DNA of 9,627 nucleotides from Amoeboradix gromovi X-113 (GCA_018985225.1 JADGIF010000381.1:1-9627); one strand, 5' to 3'; shown: positions 1 to 7,637, counted from the first letter of the stretch. Made by a program: numbers and translations. Notes: generated from the sequence alone by a model not told the origin.

Positions 1-77
1 CCATGTGCTTGTAGGAGTGCTGTGATTTTGGAAAATTTATTTTGTGCAGATGAATTTGTTGCCATTGTATTTGACAT
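1..77 (-). CDS. 5' end of a probable gene running off the left edge (unknown product)
   Basis: ATG at 77-75 opens a stop-free frame to the window edge (MSNTMATNSSAQNKFSKITALLQAH...). It is divergent from the gene at 146 across 68 bp. Too short to identify. Confidence 0.4.
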   Translation of the reverse strand, partial: MSNTMATNSSAQNKFSKITALLQAH

Positions 78-145
78 TTCAGATCTTTTGCCGTATTTAA
101 ATACTTTGTTATAAAAATGGAGTCACCACTCCAATTTTTCCAAAC

Positions 146-889
146 ATGACAAAAGTTACGGTTGACATTGATAGATACGACCGACAAATAAGATTGTTTG
201 GACTAGAAGGACAGCATAAAATAGGTGCATGTAAAGTACTGGTCTATAACACTGGAATCCAGGGATCGGAAATGATTAAGAATTTAGTTCTTGCTGGTGT
301 TCATTCCTGCAGTATTTATAATAACACTGCAGGGATGTTCCATAAAGATGAATTTGAAATTGACAGGGTGACCAGATTGAACCCAAGGTGCAACGTTGCA
401 CTAGTAGATGGTATAGATGAAAATTATGATGTTATTATATATGGTCATCTAAAAGATGAACCTTTAGTTTTTAAGCATAAATGTATGTTGTATGTTTGCA
501 TTGAACAGTTAGGAAATGCAGGGTGGTTTAGGCTAACTGACAAACCAATTCCATTCATATGGACATTCAATGGAGAAGGTATAAAACCTAAACTTATTAC
601 TAGAAAACTAGGAAGTGCGTGGCCAATTGTGTATGCTATACTACTAGGAAACAAAACTAACTCACAGATACAACTACAATTGAAGAGATGGAATGTGCCG
701 ATTGATGAATCTTTCATAAATGTTGTTAAGGGTCACTCTGTTCAAGAGCATGGTTTGGCTAACATTATATCAGGTTTTGCTGCTCAAGAAACATTGGAAT
801 TTATTTCCAAAGGGTCCGCTAAACTAGGCGCTTATTCTGTGGATGGTTTCAACTTGCAGGTGAGGCAAGTTCAAGGTTCTTTTGACTAA
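146..889 (+). CDS. ThiF-family ubiquitin-like-protein E1 regulatory subunit (AOS1/SAE1- or ULA1/NAE1-like), compact 247 aa
   Basis: N-terminal RYDRQIRLFGLEGQ, then GSEMIKNLVLAGV, and C-terminal IISGFAAQETL...DG are hallmark motifs of the AOS1/ULA1 half of heterodimeric E1s. The stop TAA overlaps AATAAA. I cannot separate the SUMO and NEDD8 paralogs by eye. Confidence 0.85.
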   Translation: MTKVTVDIDRYDRQIRLFGLEGQHKIGACKVLVYNTGIQGSEMIKNLVLAGVHSCSIYNNTAGMFHKDEFEIDRVTRLNPRCNVALVDGIDENYDVIIYGHLKDEPLVFKHKCMLYVCIEQLGNAGWFRLTDKPIPFIWTFNGEGIKPKLITRKLGSAWPIVYAILLGNKTNSQIQLQLKRWNVPIDESFINVVKGHSVQEHGLANIISGFAAQETLEFISKGSAKLGAYSVDGFNLQVRQVQGSFD

Positions 890-929
890 ATAAATGTTTT
901 AATTTACATGAGACATACCTTATGAAAAT

Positions 930-1400
930 TACCCTAGCCAATGGTTAGGAATTCTCCGTCTATTGTCCTTATAATACTTTTGAATTCCTCTTTTAAGAAG
1001 GTCTGTTGAGCCATATCCATTTTTGGTATTTAGGCTAATATACCATAACTGCTGTAAATAATTCCATAACATTCATCAATTCTCCTTGAATAATGCTTTA
1101 AATTATCATCTATCCTACAGAATTCAGCCAGATTCGTTAAGATGCTTGGACTCGATAGCTAGTAGAGATTTCAGGAAGATTTTTCTATCTTGTGGATGCA
1201 TTTCTGTATTTGGACCAAGAATTTTTGAGCGACCTTGAAATCCTCCTCTGATGGTTGTCTCTCAAATAAACAATTAATATGCAAGTTTGCTTGGACTTTG
1301 ATCGGATGAGTAATCTTCACAAACCGACGAATCTCCTTTGCGATCTTTAATTTCTCCTCCACAGTTTAATAAGTCTTATTTTGTCAAATTTTACATTTCT
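930..1400 (-). pseudogene. Possible decayed pogo/Tc5 (CENP-B-like) transposase N-terminal fragment
   Basis: KTY*TVEEKLKIAKE...VAQKFLVQIQKCI resembles the Brinker/psq-type HTH. A second frame gives FKEN**MLWNYLQQL, like the CENP-B HTH helix (ELEEALWEWFQQ). Many stops and frameshifts. Weak by-eye similarity only. Confidence 0.25.
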
Positions 1401-1582
1401 TGGTTTGAAGATTAGTATCATCAAACCTCTTTTTTAGTTTTTACCATGTTTGTTAACAATATAGTTTTATTGCTTTGCAACAAATAATTATTCACACATG
1501 ACACTTTTTGTTTCAAATTGAAGAGGTCCAATGTCATTGGATGTCTGATATTTTTCACTCTGCAATGGCGATATTTTGAAAC

Positions 1583-4171
1583 ATGGATCCCATCTTGAAT
1601 CGCAACTTTACAGGCTTGCCAAAAAACTATTTGTCAATGATGAACAAATCTACGTTGGAATTATGGGAGAAGTACTCCAAAGTGGATGAAAACGATGTAG
1701 AGGTGATTGAGAAGTCACTTGTGAAGCATGCTTCATCTACCTTGGCAAGAACTGCTTTTAACATGGACGCATTGGCTGCCTATCATTCTGCAGCCTATTC
1801 AGTTAGAGACAGATTAATTGAAATTTGGAATGAGACACAGCAGTTCCACACATTAAAAGATCAAAAACGTGTCTATTATTTGTCAATGGAGTTCTTGCTA
1901 GGCAGATCTTTGGACAATGCCTTAATCAATCTAGGGCTTCGTGACAGCTATGCTACAGCTTTAAAAGCATTAGGATTTAACCTGGAAGACGTCATTAACG
2001 AGGAAAGAGATGCTGCTCTTGGCAATGGTGGTCTTGGGAGATTGGCTGCTTGCTTTATGGACTCTTTAGCCTGTCTTGAAATGCCTGCATGGGGGTATGG
2101 TTTAAGATACAATTATGGAATTTTTAAACAAAAAATCATTTCTGGATTTCAATGCGAGTTTCCTGATTTCTGGTTAAATGTTAGCAATCCTTGGGAAGTA
2201 GCTCGCTTTGACGTTAGCTACGAGGTCCGTTTTTATGGTCATGTTTCTGTTGTTAATAATCGCAGTATTTGGCAAGGTGGTGAGGTTGTTCAAGCTGTTG
2301 CCTACGACATTCCTATCCCTGGTTATAAGAACAAGACTTGCCTAAATATCAGACTATGGTCTAGCAAGCCTTCCACTCTATTTGACCTTCAATCTTTCAA
2401 TGCTGGCGATTATGAACAAAGCGTCAGGGAACAACAGCGCGCTGAGTCTATTACTAGCGTATTATATCCTAATGATAATCATATGCTGGGTAAGGAGCTG
2501 AGATTGAAACAAGAATATTTTTTTTCTTGTGCTACTTTAAAAGATATTGTGCGAAGATTTAAAAAGACCAACAGACCTTGGTCTGAATTCAGTGATCAGG
2601 TGGCTATTCAACTGAATGACACTCACCCTACCCTGAGTATACCTGAGTTGATGCGCAGATTTATTGATGTAGAGCAGTTGGAATGGGATGCGGCGTTCAG
2701 TATAGTATCTAAGGTGTTTAGTTTTACTAACCATACTGTGCTTCCTGAAGCGTTAGAGAGATGGAGTGTTGCTTTAATGGGCAACCTACTCCCACGTCAT
2801 TTAGAAATCATATTTGAATTGAATTCCCGATTTTTAAAGCAGGTCGAACTGCACTACAAGGATATACTTTCCGTTGATCAATTAAATATGGTGAAAAGTC
2901 AAATGTCTTTGATAGAAGAGGGCAGCATGCAGTACATTAGAATGGCACATTTGGCTATTATAGGTAGTCACACTGTCAATGGCGTAGCTGCGTTACATTC
3001 AGAGCTTGTCAAGTACAAAATATTTAATCATTTTAACGATTTTTATCCAAACAAATTCACTAACATTACAAACGGCATTACGCCTCGTAGATGGTTAAAC
3101 CAAGCTAATCCGCAACTAAGTAGATTAATCACAAAGACATTAAAAAGTGACGCTTGGATTACTGATCTTTCATTGCTATCAACGATAAAAACAAACGATG
3201 AATTTGTCACTGAATTTAGCAACATTAAATATGAAAACAAGATCAGGTTAGCCATCTACGTTCAAAAAGAGTGTAACATCAAAATAGTTCCTGAAGCCCT
3301 GTTCGATATTCAGGTGAAGCGAATCCATGAATACAAGAGACAATTTATGAACATCATACAGATTATATATAGTTACTTGACCATATTAGACGTTATTCAC
3401 GATCCTAGTAAATTAAGTAAGATAGTACCAAGAGTCTGTATCTTTGGAGGTAAAGCAGCACCGGGCTATTACATGGCTAAACTAGTTATTAAACTGATTA
3501 ACAGCGTGGCAAATGTGGTAAATAATGATTCAAGGATCAATGATTTACTAAAAGTAGTATTTATACCAGACTATAACGTTAGCAATGCAGAAATCATTAT
3601 ACCTGCAAGCGATTTAAGTCAGCACATAAGCACAGCAGGGACAGAAGCAAGTGGAACAAGTAATATGAAGTTTATATTAAACGGAGGTTTGATTATAGGA
3701 ACGATAGACGGAGCAAATGTAGAGATTAAAGAACAAGTGAGTGAAGAGAACATATACACATTTGGGACACTGGCAGACAAGGTACAAGACAAGAGAAACG
3801 ATAACAAGGCAAATGGTATAAAATTATGCAAGGAGTTAGAAATGGTTATTAAAAGTATACAGATGGGTGAGTTTGGAGATTGCAACATATTTAATCCATT
3901 ACTTGATACCTTGTTGATAGCAGGAGACTATTATTTGATAAATGAAGATTTTAGATCATATTTAAGCTGCATGGATAGGGTGATGGAGGGTTACAAGAAT
4001 AAGAAAGAGTGGACAAGAAAGAGCATTCTAAACATGTGTAGAGCCGGGTTTTTTAGTGCAGATAGGAGTATCAAGGAGTATGGAAGCAAGATTTGGAAGA
4101 TTAAACCGGTTCAGGTACCGGAGGATTGGGAAATGAGCACTAGTGTAATGAAAAGTATTCACGGGGATTGA
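1583..4171 (+). CDS. GPH1: Glycogen phosphorylase (GT35), 862 aa, intronless
   Basis: YYLSMEFLLGR, DAALGNGGLGRLAACF, LYPND, QLNDTHP, VKRIHEYKRQ, GGKAAPGY and the PLP-lysine motif EASGTSNMKF are all present. The N-terminal RNFTGLP resembles the fungal regulatory phospho-Thr motif. Confidence 0.98.
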   Translation: MDPILNRNFTGLPKNYLSMMNKSTLELWEKYSKVDENDVEVIEKSLVKHASSTLARTAFNMDALAAYHSAAYSVRDRLIEIWNETQQFHTLKDQKRVYYLSMEFLLGRSLDNALINLGLRDSYATALKALGFNLEDVINEERDAALGNGGLGRLAACFMDSLACLEMPAWGYGLRYNYGIFKQKIISGFQCEFPDFWLNVSNPWEVARFDVSYEVRFYGHVSVVNNRSIWQGGEVVQAVAYDIPIPGYKNKTCLNIRLWSSKPSTLFDLQSFNAGDYEQSVREQQRAESITSVLYPNDNHMLGKELRLKQEYFFSCATLKDIVRRFKKTNRPWSEFSDQVAIQLNDTHPTLSIPELMRRFIDVEQLEWDAAFSIVSKVFSFTNHTVLPEALERWSVALMGNLLPRHLEIIFELNSRFLKQVELHYKDILSVDQLNMVKSQMSLIEEGSMQYIRMAHLAIIGSHTVNGVAALHSELVKYKIFNHFNDFYPNKFTNITNGITPRRWLNQANPQLSRLITKTLKSDAWITDLSLLSTIKTNDEFVTEFSNIKYENKIRLAIYVQKECNIKIVPEALFDIQVKRIHEYKRQFMNIIQIIYSYLTILDVIHDPSKLSKIVPRVCIFGGKAAPGYYMAKLVIKLINSVANVVNNDSRINDLLKVVFIPDYNVSNAEIIIPASDLSQHISTAGTEASGTSNMKFILNGGLIIGTIDGANVEIKEQVSEENIYTFGTLADKVQDKRNDNKANGIKLCKELEMVIKSIQMGEFGDCNIFNPLLDTLLIAGDYYLINEDFRSYLSCMDRVMEGYKNKKEWTRKSILNMCRAGFFSADRSIKEYGSKIWKIKPVQVPEDWEMSTSVMKSIHGD

Positions 4172-4299
4172 ATTAATAAACGCACTAATTATAAATATAG
4201 TTTAAAATAGCACAAAGAGCACTTATCGCTGAACGCTAGTATTGAATGCTGTTTTTGTACTTTGAATCATGCAAAGACATTGTTCAGTAAGAGGTTCAG

Positions 4300-4710
4300 C
4301 AGCCGATCTAATACATCAAAACAAATGTTATTTATCTCAATATATTCTATTGAGCTAATTTGTGTACGCTGCGTGTTTGACTCACTTCAACAAATTTATT
4401 CCAGCTTCAGGTATGCACAAATGCTTGAAGAAGAGTTTGCTTGCTGAAACGTTAACACTGCTGTCATCGGATATCAATGACTTTAAGTTGGCGTCAAGCG
4501 GTTACCTTAGACCTAGACTTCAAAGGTTTGCCTGGGCATTCGCACTTTCATTTACGAATGTTCTTAGTTGCCAAGATTTTAAAACGAAAGAGGACAAAAG
4601 GATCATACGAGTACACACACACGTGCGGATTATCATTTAGTACACAAAACAGTTTATTTCACAACTCCAATCTTTGCAGCTCCATACTGGTTAGCGCAAT
4701 GCATCGTATC
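4300..4710 (+). mobile_element. Degenerate chromovirus (Ty3/gypsy) integrase C-terminus with chromodomain
   Basis: At 4561-4707, FLVAKILKRKRTKGSYEY..CGLSFSTQNSLFHNSNL resembles the chromodomain pattern YxVEKILxxRxxxGxxEYLVKWxGYxxxENTWEPxxNL. It is preceded by AVTLDLDFKGLPGHSHFH (cf. AYRLELP...IHPVFH) and, in another frame, TLLSSDINDFKLAS (cf. VLLST...KLAP). The motif order is correct but the region is deleted and frameshifted. Confidence 0.5.
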
Positions 4711-4998
4711 CGCCTACAAGAAAAGCCATTCAGTTGAGCCCGAGAACAACATGCAAGATCTCTGTTACTGCACGAGGGCGCACAGTGCAGGTCGGACTCT
4801 ACAGATATGTCTGTTTTTTATGTTTGATTTGCATCAGCTTAGGTAGCTAGAATTTACTTAGTACAATCTTGATTTGATACTTAATGGAGACCTGGTGGTG
4901 CTTCGAGCTAGTATTCTCTTTTCTCTCATTGGACATGCTTGATATATCAAGCTCTGGCGAAGCAGTTTTGGTTTCAAATCTATCTGTGAATGCCACTC

Positions 4999-5116
4999 CT
5001 CGTTAAAAGTCCAGATTTCCGAGAAAATCGAGAATTTCCACAGAGAAACTAATGCTAGTTTCTCCGTTACAGTGATTGCTCACACTTTCACTACCCTGAA
5101 GCGGGATTGAACAAGG
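4999..5116 (-). ncRNA. Putative Fanzor omegaRNA scaffold / element right end (copy 1)
   Basis: It lies directly 3' of the AARNI motif. Hairpins are AGUGA-AA-GU-GUGA-GC-AA-UCACU (5092-5071), a 12-bp stem ACGGAGAAACUA-GCAU-UAGUUUCUCUGU (5067-5040) and a terminal CUCG...CGAG stem (5023-4999). Homologous to 5765-5881. Confidence 0.7.
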
Positions 5117-5434
5117 ATGCAGATAATTGATATATATGTTCCTTGCTGCCATATGATTTCTATATATCTTCAAATGACACTTTTTACAGGCTTAGGTTTC
5201 TAAGTTGGTTTTCTTTAGAGTACCACACCTTGTACATCTCTGACTAGTAAATGATTCACTATATTCGATTATCGTCTTTCCTCTTTGTTTACAATTGAAC
5301 TTCAAGCGTTCCTTGAATGTGTAATGGGACATTGTGGCCATATTTCTTGCGACCTTGCTCGACAAGCTACTTAGCATCTGGCTCGTATTGAACGAGGGTA
5401 AGTATATAAGATCATATGTCTTTGTATCCTGCAC
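5003..5434 (-). pseudogene. Fanzor2 / IS607-type TnpB RNA-guided nuclease pseudogene, C-terminal part (copy 1)
   Basis: The frame reads YDLIYLPSFNTSQM...MSHYTFKERLKFNC...EYSESFTSQRCTRCG. Reading through the TAA at 5194-5192 continues ACKKCHLKIYRNHMAARNIYI, which supplies the second CxxC and the RuvC-III (DRDxxAARNI) motif. Pro at the canonical RuvC-II position with Glu in ESFTS is the Fanzor/IS607-type rearrangement. The N-terminus and RuvC-I are missing. The frame closes at TAA 5005-5003. Confidence 0.88.
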
Positions 5435-5719
5435 CTGTTAGTTATTTCTTTAGATTTGACATATTCAGGATTACATCTATTTACTCCATTTACCATTTGC
5501 AAAAAGGAAGAATATCGAGCATTTAAGCTATTGGAAAAATCTGGAAATGATACAAAAATATATACAAATTCGCGATAAATGATTTATTCAAGAAAATAGT
5601 CAAGCTGTGTCTTGGACCAAGTCGTTAGTGTATCAAATATTTTCATAGTTTGCGTCTCTTACTTCATTTACCAGTCGAGTTAAGATTTCAATGTCACTCT
5701 TTTTTGAGTCTTTAAATAT

Positions 5720-5764
5720 TGCACCAGCATTCTAAAAATCGATAGAGAATATCATTGGATTCTA
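5720..5764 (+). pseudogene. Second Fanzor 3'-end remnant (copy 2), divergently oriented
   Basis: The frame CTSILKIDREYHWILPDSSSFQFSGSESNHCNG aligns with copy 1 CHLKIYRNHMAARNIYINYLHPCSIPLQGSESVSNHCNG, with a 24-nt in-frame deletion removing the AARNI segment. Confidence 0.55.
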
Positions 5765-5881
5765 CCTGATTCAAGTTCGTTTCAGTTTAGTGGAAGCGAG
5801 AGCAACCACTGTAACGGATGAAATAGCTGTGAGTTTTTTGTGGAATTTCTTAATATTTCGTAAACCAGGGCTCTTTACGAG
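5765..5881 (+). ncRNA. Putative Fanzor omegaRNA scaffold / element right end (copy 2)
   Basis: About 85/118 identities by hand alignment to the reverse complement of 4999-5116. Hairpins are AGUGG-AA-GC-GAGA-GC-AA-CCACU (5789-5810) and a terminal 8-bp stem UUCGUAAA...UUUACGAG (5857-5881). Confidence 0.68.
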
Positions 5882-6053
5882 TTTAAACTAGTTGATTTTC
5901 CTAGAGAGAATTAAAGGCTGATTTCACACATAAACACCTTAACAATACTATGGTGCCCCCACAGATAAGAGTTGCCAAGGTCTTGACTGCGCAGAAATCT
6001 AGTCTTTTTTAGTTTGCCACTTCAACTAATCATTTCACAAACTCGGAGACCTT

Positions 6054-7619
6054 ATGTTTAACAAATCGACCAACATCCACATTCCTAACATTCAAAATGT
6101 CCAGTTGGGCCATAGCAATCAGGAAAACTGGAAGGAAGAATTTAATTCTCAGCACCCGGAGACCCAGATCAATCATCAGCTTTCAAGTAAAATGAATGTT
6201 AAGCAAAACATTGTTCCCAGTCAAAATGCATCCAAAAACGCTGCAGAAACCCATAAAACTGCTGAGAATATCAATAAAATAGTGCTGAACCGTTTGGACT
6301 CTAAATTGAGTGACTTGCATGTCAAGGAGCCAGACGATGTGGTCAATCAAAACTTGTGGAATGCTGCAAATGATATCCTGAGTTCTCAGGATGCGAGATA
6401 TTTAAACAATACTGAATTCATCAAGTTTGTCAAGCAAATTAAGAACAGGGAAATAGAGTTATTGGATAATGAATTTATTCAAAAACTGCCATTCAAAGAG
6501 TCTGACTATGTGGAGGACTTTGATCTTGAACCGCACACTCAACCAATCTTAGAACAGGGATTCGATAGCATTAAGGCTGATTTGGATCAGTGGTCTAACC
6601 AATATGAACAGAATCTCAAACAAGGAGAGGAATTGACCAACTCTGCAAATGACGCAGAATGGACGGCATTGAATAAGGATTACATGGATGAACAGGGTTA
6701 TGTGGATAATTCAGGCTATGGCTACACGTTTGACCAGGTACGCCATCGCTATCCTCCTTACAAATTTAACCCATCAAATGATTATTTAATAAACGCTCGA
6801 CAAGATCCAAAATATATTGAAGAACTCTACAATATAGACTCAAGTATGAACGAAAGCATCAAAGCATTAGAAGCAGCTGTTCAATTAACAAATGATGCAT
6901 TTTCGTGGTACTCGTTAGGCCTTCGCCATTATGAAAATGAGCATGACATGCATGCGATTTACGCATTGCGTAAATGCGTAGAAAGAGAGCCATTAAGAGA
7001 TGCATATGCTACCCTAGCCGTGGTATATACTAACGAAAACTTTAGATTGGATGCTTTTGATGCCATTTCTAAGTGGTTAGACTTGACAGACGCATATAAA
7101 GATATAAGCGTGCCTAAATCATCTAGGCTGGATGATGACATATACTCGCGAATTATAAAATGCCTGGAATTGAATCCGAGCGATGCAGAATTAAACATGA
7201 TGATGGGCGTATTGTGCCATTTAAGAAATGAATTACCTAAATCGGTAGAATGTTTTAAATCGGCACTAGCACGCAAGCAAAATGATCATAAATTGTGGAA
7301 TATGTTGGGCGCAACTTATGCAAATTCGCAACAAACAGAATTGGCAAGAGAAGCCTACTTTAAAGCATTAGATATACACCCCTCATTCATTAGGGCAAGA
7401 TATAATCTGGCAATTGCGTGTATAAGTGAAAATAATTACTCAGAAGCAGCGGAGCATGTTTTGCAGTCTTTAAAAATGCAGCAACAAGAAAATCAGCCAA
7501 CCAGTGAATCACTGTGGAGCACATTAAAGATGGCATGTTTGATGTTGAATAGACCTGATCTGGTAACAAAATGTGAAGAGAGGGAGTTGCAGGCATTCAA
7601 AGCCGAATTTGTATTTTGA
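6054..7619 (+). CDS. PEX5: Peroxisomal PTS1 receptor PEX5 (long type with PEX7-binding box)
   Basis: WxxxF/Y motifs (WKEEF, WSNQY), LNNTEFIKFVKQI, Y.F...N.Y, ALEAAV, SWYSLG...ENE, and TPR repeats including DHKLWNMLGATYANS and PSFIRARYNLAIAC. The true start is uncertain. Confidence 0.95.
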   Translation: MFNKSTNIHIPNIQNVQLGHSNQENWKEEFNSQHPETQINHQLSSKMNVKQNIVPSQNASKNAAETHKTAENINKIVLNRLDSKLSDLHVKEPDDVVNQNLWNAANDILSSQDARYLNNTEFIKFVKQIKNREIELLDNEFIQKLPFKESDYVEDFDLEPHTQPILEQGFDSIKADLDQWSNQYEQNLKQGEELTNSANDAEWTALNKDYMDEQGYVDNSGYGYTFDQVRHRYPPYKFNPSNDYLINARQDPKYIEELYNIDSSMNESIKALEAAVQLTNDAFSWYSLGLRHYENEHDMHAIYALRKCVEREPLRDAYATLAVVYTNENFRLDAFDAISKWLDLTDAYKDISVPKSSRLDDDIYSRIIKCLELNPSDAELNMMMGVLCHLRNELPKSVECFKSALARKQNDHKLWNMLGATYANSQQTELAREAYFKALDIHPSFIRARYNLAIACISENNYSEAAEHVLQSLKMQQQENQPTSESLWSTLKMACLMLNRPDLVTKCEERELQAFKAEFVF

Positions 7620-7637
7620 AATAAATAAATTATTAAT

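Noticed and set aside
3478-3487. 10-nt match (TAAACTAGTT) between predicted guide 2 and GPH1
   Set aside because: Short, AT-rich and missing the first guide bases, so chance is a sufficient explanation.
4763-4790. TGTTAC as a possible 3' LTR start after the chromodomain, with a small CTGCAC/GTGCAG hairpin
   Set aside because: No clear polypurine tract, second LTR or matching end in the window.
5192-5194. TAA/TAG reassigned to Gln, which would make the Fanzor frame intact
   Set aside because: The long Gln-containing genes have no in-frame TAA/TAG, several genes end in TAA, and Tyr is expected at this position.
4999-5881. Inverted repeats read as terminal inverted repeats of a single DNA transposon or MITE
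   Set aside because: Only ~72% identity, no target-site duplication (flanks ...TGCCACTC and TTTAAACT...), and each copy follows its own Fanzor C-terminal remnant. Two right ends explain it better.
445-7596. Antisense ORFs 445-717, 2537-2734, 3043-3255, 3619-3888, 6959-7276 and 7390-7596
   Set aside because: Shadow frames inside well-supported genes, with no recognisable motifs.
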